Of a stretch of 41,063 nt of DNA, positions 27,715 through 36,449 are shown one piece after another. The position numbers and the translations under genes were made by a program. The notes under the pieces were generated by a model. That model searched no databases. It saw only the letters and a list, made by a program, of their open reading frames with translations, and was not told where the DNA came from. The first letter of the stretch is position 1; each line of letters begins with the position of its first letter. The DNA comes from a virus (Duplodnaviria > Caudoviricetes), in IMG/VR virus record IMGVR_UViG_3300021142_000073, positions 1 to 41,063 of that record, one strand, 5' to 3'.

Positions 27715-27784
27715 CCACCTGATGAGTCCTAGACGGACGAAACAGAGGTAAACTTCGCTATATGCGAATCAGACTCTGTAGTGG
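27715..27784 (+). ncRNA. type I hammerhead ribozyme
   Basis: CCAC-CTGATGA-GTCC(TAGAC)GGAC-GAAA-CAGAG...CTCTG-TA-GTGG; full catalytic core, predicted cut after GUA at 27780. Confidence 0.92.
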
Positions 27785-27818
27785 CTATATTGCCCAAAAA
27801 ACCAAACAAACAAAACCA

Positions 27819-28700
27819 ATGCGTAACAACCAAAACCCTAACTTCTCTACTGAACTAGTAGATACAAACATCCGCCAATCCTGCGAAGCGGATTTCCAAG
27901 TTGAAATCGTTCCGCTCTTTCAAGCGGACGGATTGCCAACAGGACTGAAAGCAACCCGCCGAACTGATTTAGGCAAAGTTTTTGCCTCAGTAGGCAATCA
28001 ATATGCTGTGGTGCAAAACAGCGAATTGATGAACAAAGCGGAACCTCAGTTTATCCAAAAACTAGGTGATTTTAATAAGAAAGTTTACCTAGTCGATGAA
28101 GGTCAGCGGACTTACATTCGCTACGACTTCAAAAACTATGGTTTCACGAATAAGAAAGTTGGAGACCATCAAATCCGCTTTGAACTTCGCAATTCGTTCG
28201 ATGGCTCTACCAAGGTTTCCCTTGCGTTAAGCCTACTGCGAGTGGTTTGCAGTAATGGAATGACCATTACAGAGGATGGATTCAATCTTCAGCAAAAACA
28301 CAACCAATTAGTCTCGATTGATAAAATCGGCGACTCAATTGACTTAGCAATCGAACTGTTCGCTAAGAAGCATGAGCAGATTATCCAAGCAGGCGAAACT
28401 GCGATTAGCCAATTGGAAGGTCATAAAATCCTGAACGGACTTGTTACCCGCAAATTAGTGGCAGAGCGGGTTGCTAATGAGATTCGAGAGTTGTGGGACA
28501 AGCCAACCTACGCTGAAGATGCTGACCGTAATTTGTACAACCTGCAAAACGCCATTACTCAGCATTTAACTCATGGCATGGAATTAGGTCGAAACAAGTT
28601 TGAGTTAGCAAATCGCTTGTCCGCTCGACTCAACGCAACCATCTTCGCCGAGATGACCAGAGGCAATTTAGACTCCCTCATGGTAGAATCGCTTAACTAA
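27819..28700 (+). CDS. DUF932-family protein
   Basis: V...Y.VVQN, RNSFDGS, LRVVCSNGM and NLYNL.NA.T motifs; start at 27819 after an AAAC-rich leader. Confidence 0.85.
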   Translation: MRNNQNPNFSTELVDTNIRQSCEADFQVEIVPLFQADGLPTGLKATRRTDLGKVFASVGNQYAVVQNSELMNKAEPQFIQKLGDFNKKVYLVDEGQRTYIRYDFKNYGFTNKKVGDHQIRFELRNSFDGSTKVSLALSLLRVVCSNGMTITEDGFNLQQKHNQLVSIDKIGDSIDLAIELFAKKHEQIIQAGETAISQLEGHKILNGLVTRKLVAERVANEIRELWDKPTYAEDADRNLYNLQNAITQHLTHGMELGRNKFELANRLSARLNATIFAEMTRGNLDSLMVESLN

Positions 28701-28724
28701 GAACCAGAAAACTAATTCGACAAA

Positions 28725-28752
28725 GGGGATAGCAGGAGAAACCTGCTTCCCT
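28725..28752 (+). other. intergenic RNA hairpin
   Basis: GGGA-T-AGCAGG-AGAAA-CCTGCT-TCCC with no U-tract. Confidence 0.55.
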
Positions 28753-28785
28753 AATGTCATTAAAAACTAACTACAAACTAATCAC

Positions 28786-29136
28786 ATGAGAAAAACATAT
28801 CTAATCGTAACTCAGTTTTATGAGGACTATGAAGTTCGCTTCACGCCGAAAGGTGGTTCATGGTTTCTTGTTGAAGCAGTAGATTTCGGAACTGCGATTT
28901 CGCTGGTTCAGAAATACCTAGTCAGGAAAGAAGTTGAGTGGTTAAAGAAAGGTGAGAACCATGCAATCTCGATTGAGTTTCCTATTATTCCAGATGACCA
29001 AAACACCAACATCTTTAATGGGTTCTCGCAAGCGTTGGAGGCGATTCCTGCGTGGGAAAGAGATTCGTACAAGCATCTTGTACAACTTCATAAGAAATTG
29101 GACTACCAAGAGGTTTACCAATCCTGTAAAGACTAA
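28786..29136 (+). CDS. early hypothetical protein
   Basis: 116 aa, TQF.E.Y....PKGG motif; repeated leader. Confidence 0.65.
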   Translation: MRKTYLIVTQFYEDYEVRFTPKGGSWFLVEAVDFGTAISLVQKYLVRKEVEWLKKGENHAISIEFPIIPDDQNTNIFNGFSQALEAIPAWERDSYKHLVQLHKKLDYQEVYQSCKD

Positions 29137-29149
29137 ACTAATTACAAAC

Positions 29150-29326
29150 ATGACCACTAACGAACAAATCGAAAAACTGAAACAGGAGTCTAACAAACTC
29201 CTGCGTACAGCATTAAACTGCCAAGCAGTAGACAAAGGCGGTTTTAGTTTTGCGCAAACGGAGGCATGGATTGCCTATGACAATTCCCTTGCGGAACTAA
29301 GCAAACTGATGTTATCCAAAAACTAA
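29150..29326 (+). CDS. small early hypothetical protein (58 aa)
   Basis: ATG at 29150 after a CTAAACTAATTACAAAC leader. Confidence 0.6.
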   Translation: MTTNEQIEKLKQESNKLLRTALNCQAVDKGGFSFAQTEAWIAYDNSLAELSKLMLSKN

Positions 29327-29338
29327 CTACAAACTAAT

Positions 29339-29620
29339 ATGCTAATCAATAACTGCGAAGATTTCCAAACAGCATTAGACCACGGTGAGTACACGGAACT
29401 AGGCTGCTATCCGTGTTATTTCACGACTAGTGACGGTGACTGCCTGTGTTTTGAAACTGCTGTGAAGGAAAAGGAAAGAATCATGGAGGCGATTAAAGAG
29501 AAATCTAAATGTGGCTGGAGAGTAGTAGCGTTTGATGTGAATTGGGAGCATTGGTTGCGTTGCTGTCATTCCAACAAACTAATTCCCTCAGCATATCCTC
29601 CGCTAGATGAATCGTTCTGA
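29339..29620 (+). CDS. small Cys-containing early protein (widespread phage family)
   Basis: G.YP.YF.T.DG..LC...W.VV..DVNWE..L.C......I.SAY pattern. Confidence 0.7.
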   Translation: MLINNCEDFQTALDHGEYTELGCYPCYFTTSDGDCLCFETAVKEKERIMEAIKEKSKCGWRVVAFDVNWEHWLRCCHSNKLIPSAYPPLDESF

Positions 29621-29639
29621 GTAATTAAATAATCAATAC

Positions 29640-29669
29640 AACCCTAGACTAACCCTCTAGGGTTTTTTT
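29640..29669 (+). terminator. Rho-independent terminator of the rightward early operon
   Basis: ACCCTAGA-CTAACCC-TCTAGGGT followed by a T-run. Confidence 0.85.
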
Positions 29670-30189
29670 GTGCCTGTTTGGTTTTCTGGTTGGTTGGTTT
29701 GTTTGGTTCGTTTTATTAAATCGTGTATATAAATAGTCCTTACAAATCGCGGGACGCTAAATCAAAAACGAATGGTTTGTAATGATTTTCTAATTACAAT
29801 TTGGTTTGGTTGAAATGTAAATGGGATTGAATGGGATGGGAACCTGTAAGAACTTTGCACCTACAAAAACCTGATTGGTTTGATTGGTTCTGTTTGTATC
29901 CATATTTCAATTACAGACTTTGTAATGGCTTTGTCATTACAGTCGCGTAGTTAGTTTTCAATTACATTTTCTATATCAGGCCTGACCTGCCCCCCGAGGG
30001 GGGGGGATGCCTTGGTTGGCATACGGCGGTCAAACCCACCAATCCAATCGCATAACTTTTTTTTGCCAAAAAGCGTTATACCAGTAATTTTGTGCTTGAC
30101 AGAATGGGGGATTCTCCCCCCTAATAACCCCCCTATCTTAACCCCCTCACTCCCCCTAAGTATTAGGGGGACGAGAATTAACTACTTAC

Positions 30190-30234
30190 TTGACAATTAA
30201 ATAATATCAATGAAGATAAGGTAGTTCTTTGATT
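30190..30234 (+). promoter_or_regulatory. tRNA-cluster promoter with boxA-like element
   Basis: TTGACA-16-GAAGAT, then AGTTCTTTGATT. Confidence 0.5.
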
Positions 30235-30237
30235 TCT

Positions 30238-30309
30238 GGTCTGGTAGTTCAATGGCAGAACACTTGTTTTGTAAACAAGGGGTTGTCGGTTCAATTCCGA
30301 CTCGGACCT
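30238..30309 (+). tRNA. tRNA-Thr(TGT)
   Basis: Cloverleaf; anticodon arm CTTGT-TTTGTAA-ACAAG; T arm GTCGG-TTCAATT-CCGAC; no encoded CCA. Confidence 0.9.
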
Positions 30310-30315
30310 TACTTT

Positions 30316-30387
30316 TGCAGGGTACAGTTCTGGGAACTGGTGTGTCTCATAAGCACTTATAGGTGGGTTCGATTCCCACTCCTGCGA
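30316..30387 (+). tRNA. tRNA-Met/Ile2(CAT)
   Basis: Acceptor TGCAGGG/TCCTGCG; loop CTCATAA; T arm GTGGG-TTCGATT-CCCAC; lacks the three initiator G-C pairs; no encoded CCA. Confidence 0.8.
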
Positions 30388-30558
30388 CTTGACAGTACCC
30401 CTAACGACGCTAACGCTCGCACCATAGGGGGCAAACTTTAGTTGGACCTGTAAGATATAATTAATTTTAGAGGGGTATAAAGGTTTTACTATCCAAACAT
30501 AGATAAATATAGTTTACAAACCATACTTGGTCTAAAAAACCATCCAACTTCCACTTTA

Positions 30559-30630
30559 CGACCATTAACTCAACGGATAGAGTAACCGCCTTCTAAGCGG
30601 TCTATCTAGGTTCAATTCCTAGATGGTCGA
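30559..30630 (+). tRNA. tRNA-Arg(TCT)
   Basis: Acceptor CGACCAT/ATGGTCG; ACCGC-CTTCTAA-GCGGT; T arm CTAGG-TTCAATT-CCTAG; no encoded CCA. Confidence 0.92.
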
Positions 30631-30672
30631 ATCTACTTGACAAATGTAAATTAATTTATTATTCGTCAATAA

Positions 30673-31071
30673 ATGAGCGAAAAAGAACTTTGCATTGCAT
30701 TAGGCATAACACGTGAGTTAATGAAGAAGTTAAGAAGTTCTTTTGAAGAATTTAAGCATTGGCAAAGAATCCCATCAAGAAAACCTGAAAGGTTATGGGA
30801 AATTGAATGGACGCTAGAAGGCATTTCATTACTTAAAAACCAACTTGGATTAAAGAAAGAAGAACAGATTGAACCTCCAAAGATTATTACAGGCAAAGTT
30901 TACGCTAAGTTTAACAACAAACACGTTATTCAAGTAATGGTAGATGGAAAGAAAGAAAACGTTATTTGTAAAGATAACAGCAAGTTTATTCCTAATATGG
31001 AAGTTAAAATTCGCTGGGACGGAACTAGATGGTGCGTAATTCGTCATCCTAAATATCAAGGTAAATACTAA
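30673..31071 (+). CDS. hypothetical protein with N-terminal winged-HTH-like region
   Basis: SEKELCIALGITRELMKKLR...W; first gene of the late operon. Confidence 0.65.
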   Translation: MSEKELCIALGITRELMKKLRSSFEEFKHWQRIPSRKPERLWEIEWTLEGISLLKNQLGLKKEEQIEPPKIITGKVYAKFNNKHVIQVMVDGKKENVICKDNSKFIPNMEVKIRWDGTRWCVIRHPKYQGKY

Positions 31072-31078
31072 TTTTTTT

Positions 31079-31510
31079 ATGAAACAAAAAACCCCTAAAA
31101 ATCTTCTCGGTAAGTATAATAGTCTTATGCGTGAAGAACGAGCAGAAAGCAAGGCTAACCCAGAAGCAGAAGGTTTTTATCACGACAATAAGAAAATCCG
31201 TGGTGGAAGAGATTATGCTGATGGTCATGGCATGGCTGATGGTCATCAAAAGAAAGATGCCAATATGCCAATTTCTAATCAAGCATTATTCGGTGTAAGT
31301 AATATTCCTACTAAAAAGAATAAGCAATCCGAAAACACTTATCATCATCCCATGAAAAGCAAGCCTAGTAAAATCAGCGGTAGTCACGAATTCAAAGGCG
31401 TGACTTCTAAGAAAACCCCTACCACTAAAGGCGAAGGTCCTTCGTATAATCCTCGTAGCCATATTGGTAAGCCACGCACTAACTATAAGGGTAAATCTTT
31501 CGGTTGCTAA
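31079..31510 (+). CDS. basic, probably disordered protein
   Basis: 143 aa, rich in K/H/G/S. Confidence 0.6.
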   Translation: MKQKTPKNLLGKYNSLMREERAESKANPEAEGFYHDNKKIRGGRDYADGHGMADGHQKKDANMPISNQALFGVSNIPTKKNKQSENTYHHPMKSKPSKISGSHEFKGVTSKKTPTTKGEGPSYNPRSHIGKPRTNYKGKSFGC

Positions 31511-31821
31511 TGGCTTTCCCCAAACGCAAGATGCCAGCCCCATCTAGCATGCCACAACCTAATGGTATGTCTATGATGGGTGGTATCCCAAGTCAAAACG
31601 CTCAAGACCAAAGTATGGGTGGTGACGCTCAGGCTATGCAAGGCGAAGTAGGTAGCGATATGTCCTCGGCAGCAGAAGGCGGTATGCCTCCTATGTCTAT
31701 GCCAGCACCTAAACTTCCTTCTCGCCCAGCAGGTCGTAGATTGCCGCACGAAAACAAGGCAATCAATCATAGAGCGTACAAGTCTCCTAAAGGTCAAAAT
31801 TATAAAGGTAATAAATTTTAA
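31510..31821 (+). CDS. Met/Pro/Gly-rich disordered protein
   Basis: TAATG-coupled to its neighbours. Confidence 0.6.
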   Translation: MAFPKRKMPAPSSMPQPNGMSMMGGIPSQNAQDQSMGGDAQAMQGEVGSDMSSAAEGGMPPMSMPAPKLPSRPAGRRLPHENKAINHRAYKSPKGQNYKGNKF

Positions 31822-32000
31822 TGCCTTTAAAGAAATCCGCATCTAAGGAAGCCTTCACCAAGAACCTTAAAACGGAACTTGGTGTTGGTAAGCCTAAAAA
31901 GCAAGCACTTGCTATTGCTTATTCTGTTCAGCGTAAAGCGGAGCATAAGCGTCCAGAAACCGCTAGGTATAAAACCCTAGGTAGGGGTAGAGCGGAATAA
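31821..32000 (+). CDS. 59-aa conserved small basic phage protein (not in ORF track)
   Basis: MPLKKSASKEAF.KN.K.E...GKPKKQALAIAYSVQRKA, a pattern recalled from packaging modules of many phages. Confidence 0.8.
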   Translation: MPLKKSASKEAFTKNLKTELGVGKPKKQALAIAYSVQRKAEHKRPETARYKTLGRGRAE

Positions 32001-32076
32001 TGCCTAACTGCTTCATCATTCCAACGGAAGAAGGGGATGAAGTAGATTATGATGATTTAGAATTTCACGAACAGAT

Positions 32077-33699
32077 ATGGCTTTTTTGCCCACACCACAT
32101 CCAGTCTTAATCACTCCTACTAAAGAGGATATTAAAAGACTTGTTGAAACGTTTGGTGATGAAAAGACAATCGAAATTTTAAATCTAAGAGAAGATAAAA
32201 TTAAGGCTGAAAAAACAGACCCATATCGCCATGGGTTTGACCTTCCGCATTGGAAGGAAGCAGACGATGTACTTAAAGCCAATAATGAACTATTGGTTCT
32301 TGGAGGCAATCGTGCATCAAAAACTGAATGGGCGGCAAAGCGTGTAGTCCAAACGCTTATCAACATGAAAGATGCTAGGGTATGGTGTTTGCATACTACT
32401 AACCAATCTTCAATCCAGATGCAACAAAACGTTATATACAAGTATTTGCCATCTGAGTACAAGGAATTAAAGAAGAACAAAATCCAGAACGTTCAATACA
32501 CTCAAAAGAACGGCTTTAGCGATAATACCTTTATTCTTCCGAATAAGAGTCAATGTTTCTTCATGAATTATGCACAGAAACGAGATGTTATTGAAGGTGG
32601 CGAAGTGGACCTTATCTGGTGTGACGAACTTGTACCATTGGATTGGCTTGAAACACTCCGCTATCGTCTTGTTACTAGAGGTGGTAAACTTATTATCACT
32701 TTTACACCTATTAGTGGTTATAGTCCTGTCGTTAAAGAATATGTAAGCGGTTGTAGAATTCTTGAAACAAAGCCAGCATCATTATTGCCAGATACTGTAA
32801 ATGTAGTCGGCGTTAAAAAAGGTGAAATGCCTTACAAGGCTAAATGCTATGGCAGACCAGCGGCTATTATGTGGTTCCATAGCCAGTTAAACCCTTACAG
32901 TTCATTTGAGCAGTTAAAAAAGACCATTGCTGGCAAGAAGTCTTACGAAATTAAGATTCGTGCTTATGGATGGGCTGACAACGTAAGCGGAACGCAGTTT
33001 CCAAGGTTTGACCCAGAAATTAACCTTATCTCAGAAGATTTTATTCCTAGTTGGGGAACTAACTATATGGCTATTGACCCAGCAGGTTCTCGTAACTGGT
33101 TTATGCTTTGGGCTAGATTAGATGAAGATAACAATATTTACGTATATAGAGAATTTCCAGATGAATCAGAAGGCGAATGGGCATTACCATCATCTGACCC
33201 AGATGGAAAAGCAGGTTCAGCCCAGCGAACTAATGCTGGTAGAAGTTTAGGTGAATATAAAGAACTTATCCTTAATCTAGAAACCATTGATGAGGATAAC
33301 AAAGAAGAAATTTTTGAACGTTACATTGACCCTAGGGCTGGTGCTAGCAAAGCGGTAACAGAAGAAGGCGGTGTAACGCTTATTGATATGCTAGATGATG
33401 GTGAAAACCCTATGCACTTTATTCCAGCGGCAGGAATTAGGATTGAACAAGGCGTAGCAATGATTAACAACTTATTCGCATATAACACGGAACTTCCGTT
33501 ATCATATGAAAATAAGCCTAAACTTTACATCAGCGAAAAATGCCAAAATTTAATCTTTGCATTGAAAGAATGGACAGGACAAGATGGGGACAAGGGAGCA
33601 ACGAAAGACCCAATAGACGCATTGCGTTACCTAATTGTCATGAATCCAACGTACATCAGCCGTTCAAATATGCAAGGCTGGGGTGGAGGAAGTTACTAA
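32077..33699 (+). CDS. terL: terminase large subunit
   Basis: Walker A GGNRASKT, Walker B IWCDE, TFTP, nuclease motifs IDPAG, YVYRE and D.IDALRY. Confidence 0.95.
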   Translation: MAFLPTPHPVLITPTKEDIKRLVETFGDEKTIEILNLREDKIKAEKTDPYRHGFDLPHWKEADDVLKANNELLVLGGNRASKTEWAAKRVVQTLINMKDARVWCLHTTNQSSIQMQQNVIYKYLPSEYKELKKNKIQNVQYTQKNGFSDNTFILPNKSQCFFMNYAQKRDVIEGGEVDLIWCDELVPLDWLETLRYRLVTRGGKLIITFTPISGYSPVVKEYVSGCRILETKPASLLPDTVNVVGVKKGEMPYKAKCYGRPAAIMWFHSQLNPYSSFEQLKKTIAGKKSYEIKIRAYGWADNVSGTQFPRFDPEINLISEDFIPSWGTNYMAIDPAGSRNWFMLWARLDEDNNIYVYREFPDESEGEWALPSSDPDGKAGSAQRTNAGRSLGEYKELILNLETIDEDNKEEIFERYIDPRAGASKAVTEEGGVTLIDMLDDGENPMHFIPAAGIRIEQGVAMINNLFAYNTELPLSYENKPKLYISEKCQNLIFALKEWTGQDGDKGATKDPIDALRYLIVMNPTYISRSNMQGWGGGSY

Positions 33700-33896
33700 T
33701 GGAAATCTATCTACCAACATTATTGTCCAGAAAACTGGCTATTTATTTATCTGGATTTTCCAGAACAAAACTAAAACAACTCGCAGATAACAAAGTAATT
33801 AGAACCACAAAAACAAAAGGTGGTCATTCAAGATATTTCCGAGACGATATTATCAATTATTTAAATGAGCATTGTAAAAAACAACCTATCAACTAA
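33699..33896 (+). CDS. small excisionase/MerR-like HTH protein
   Basis: Start at 33699; LLSRK.A....G.SR..L......I....TKGGHSRY.R.DI. Confidence 0.7.
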   Translation: MEIYLPTLLSRKLAIYLSGFSRTKLKQLADNKVIRTTKTKGGHSRYFRDDIINYLNEHCKKQPIN

Positions 33897-36072
33897 GTAC
33901 AATCCAAATCAGGATAAGATTGTATACGCAACGCCAGAACCAGATGTACCTTACCTCTGGATGGAATACAATCGTGCTAACCAACATGGTGGCAATACCG
34001 CTAACATCATGCAAAATGACGATATTCGTCTTGCTAGATGGAGTGGTCAAACATCTGATGGAAAAAAACATTCAGAAGAACTTAACGAAGGCACAGGTGC
34101 TTTTCCATTTGAAGGTGCGTCTGACGTGCGTTGTCGTTTAGTAGATAAAACCATTAATGAAATTTCGGCTATGTTGATGACTACATTCGACAGATGCCAA
34201 GTAAAAATTAAAGGCACTAATTTGGGAGATTACGATATTGCCGCTCCAGCAAATACGCTAATGGAGTGGTTTACGCAATCTAAACAAAAGGCTGAGTTAA
34301 GAAATGAAGCAGAATTATTGGCTCAATATACGCTTCAATACGGATGGTCTGGTTTGCACATTGGCTGGGAGCGTGAATATGCAACCAGAAATCAATTACT
34401 TAGACTTGATGAGTTAAACGGCGTTGTGCAGATGGCTTTACAGCAAAATCCTAATTCTGCCATTAAAGATTTAATTAGTTCTATTCAAGATGAGTCTAAA
34501 GAAGATTATGCGGCTAGCCTTTTAGGTATGTATGCTATTTCTGAGGATAAAAAGACCTTAAAGAAGGCAATCCGAGATTTGCGTGAAACAGGTAAGGCTG
34601 AAATGCCAGAAACTTATATTTCTAAGAATTGTGCTGTTGTAACTGCTTGCAAGCCTTATGATGAAATTTCTTTCCCACCAGAAACCATTGATGCTCAAAA
34701 CGCACGTGTAATCTTTAGACGTGTATTTATGACTGAAATGGAGATTCGTTCTCAAGCCGCCGTTGAAGGCTGGGGTGAAGATTTCGTAAATCAAGCCGTA
34801 AGCATTGCTGGTTTACGTTCTAATTACAATGACCCTAACATCTTGCCAGCCGCTTCGTTAATCAATTATCAATTGAATAGAAATATGCACCTTATTGAAG
34901 TGGTGTACGCATATTCTAGAATGATTGATAGTAATGGCGTTCAAGGCATTTATTGCACAGTATTCTGCCCACGTGCAGGTAGCGACATTTATGGTAGTCA
35001 TAAATTGTTAGGTTACGCTCAAAACAAATATCCGTTTGTTATTTATCGCAAAGAACGACTTCGCAGACCTATTCAGGAATCTCGTGGCGTTCCTGAGATT
35101 GCAATGACTGACCAGCAAGAAATCAAGGCACAGCACGACTCTATCCGTGACCGAACAGCATTTACTACGTTGCCTCCTTTAATGGTTAAGAAACGTTACG
35201 GCATGGTAAACAAAATTGCTCCAGCAATGAACTTACCAGTCACATCTCCAGATGACTATAAGTTCCTTCCTCCACCTCAAAGCGAAACTCAAACAGCATT
35301 TGCTCTTATTGAACGTGTGACTCAAAACAATGCTGAGTACTTTGGCTTATATCATCCAGCCGTTCCACCACAAAAAACCCAGATGATGCAACAAGCAACA
35401 GTTAATGTATGGCTTGATGTATGGAGCGAAACATTCCAGCACGTATTTGCTATGATGCTTCAGTTTATGGACCCTGAAGAAATTAAGAGCATTACTAATT
35501 ACGACCTTCCTCAAAACATATCCAGTATTTCCAATATGTATGATTTCTCGCTGCGTTTTGATGTAAGAGAACTTGATACGGATTTTGTGATGGAAAAACT
35601 TAAAGCAGTTATGCAGTTTGTATTGCCAATGGATACTGGTGGCGTAATTGATAAAAATAAATTAGTAAAAGCGGCTGTTGAAGCAATTGACCCAGATAAG
35701 GCTAAAGAATTGCTAGTTGAAACTGGAAGTGAATCTCAATTGCTTTATCGTAACGTTCAAAGTGATATTGGTCTTATGATGCTTGGCAATGAAGCCAACT
35801 ATGTTGAAAATGACCCTACTGCTCAATCTAAGTTGCAATTCATGCAAGATATTATCAGCAAGAATCCTAAAGCACAGCAACAAATGCAACAAGACCAGCA
35901 CTTTAGAGCATTGCTAGATAATTATGTTAAGAATCTTCAAATGTCTGTAATGCAACAGCAGAACAAACAGATTGGTAGAACTGGGGTTACGCCTATTGGT
36001 CAGCAAATCGCACAGAACGTAAGGGGTGCTATTCAACAGGCTGATAAGACGCAACAATCTCAGCAACAATAA
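33865..36072 (+). CDS. portal protein
   Basis: 735 aa after TerL; PFEGASD, YPFV...E......SRG.PE and a Q-rich barrel-like C-terminus. Confidence 0.85.
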   Translation: MSIVKNNLSTKYNPNQDKIVYATPEPDVPYLWMEYNRANQHGGNTANIMQNDDIRLARWSGQTSDGKKHSEELNEGTGAFPFEGASDVRCRLVDKTINEISAMLMTTFDRCQVKIKGTNLGDYDIAAPANTLMEWFTQSKQKAELRNEAELLAQYTLQYGWSGLHIGWEREYATRNQLLRLDELNGVVQMALQQNPNSAIKDLISSIQDESKEDYAASLLGMYAISEDKKTLKKAIRDLRETGKAEMPETYISKNCAVVTACKPYDEISFPPETIDAQNARVIFRRVFMTEMEIRSQAAVEGWGEDFVNQAVSIAGLRSNYNDPNILPAASLINYQLNRNMHLIEVVYAYSRMIDSNGVQGIYCTVFCPRAGSDIYGSHKLLGYAQNKYPFVIYRKERLRRPIQESRGVPEIAMTDQQEIKAQHDSIRDRTAFTTLPPLMVKKRYGMVNKIAPAMNLPVTSPDDYKFLPPPQSETQTAFALIERVTQNNAEYFGLYHPAVPPQKTQMMQQATVNVWLDVWSETFQHVFAMMLQFMDPEEIKSITNYDLPQNISSISNMYDFSLRFDVRELDTDFVMEKLKAVMQFVLPMDTGGVIDKNKLVKAAVEAIDPDKAKELLVETGSESQLLYRNVQSDIGLMMLGNEANYVENDPTAQSKLQFMQDIISKNPKAQQQMQQDQHFRALLDNYVKNLQMSVMQQQNKQIGRTGVTPIGQQIAQNVRGAIQQADKTQQSQQQ

Positions 36073-36075
36073 CTT

Positions 36076-36336
36076 ATGGAACAATTAGACCAAACAGTAG
36101 TTCACGGATTGGGGTTTCACGCTCCTAATGAATTATGGCAAGCCGTTCATATTTTATTGGACGCTTCTATTGAAATTGAGGTTTCTTATGCGTTAAGCAA
36201 GGAAAGCCGTGGCGAAGATAGAGCCTATCACGCTGGTAGGGCTGAAGCATTAAGGTCTTTTAAAATGGTGCTATTACAAACCAGAGATATCGTGCTAATG
36301 GACATTGGCAGACCCCCAGAAAGCAGTAAATCGTGA
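36076..36336 (+). CDS. small helical protein between portal and scaffold
   Basis: R.Y..GR.EAL motif typical of post-portal proteins. Confidence 0.6.
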   Translation: MEQLDQTVVHGLGFHAPNELWQAVHILLDASIEIEVSYALSKESRGEDRAYHAGRAEALRSFKMVLLQTRDIVLMDIGRPPESSKS

Positions 36337-36449
36337 AGAAATGGTAATTTTAAGCACTAGGTATTGCTAATTGTAATAAAGTAGTATCTAAGTGCTAATA
36401 GTTCTGGGACTATCAAAAACCCTGTTAAAAGGACTTTAGACCTAATCTA

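Noticed and set aside
30388-30450. Theta/HDV-like ribozyme after the tRNAs
   Set aside because: Could not build the nested double pseudoknot by eye; only one simple stem is visible.
32000-32110. 36-codon acidic ORF overlapping the TerL start
   Set aside because: Translationally coupled and plausible, but too short to support without homologues.
33699-33896. Excisionase implying lysogeny
   Set aside because: No integrase or att site seen; such HTH genes also occur inside packaging modules.
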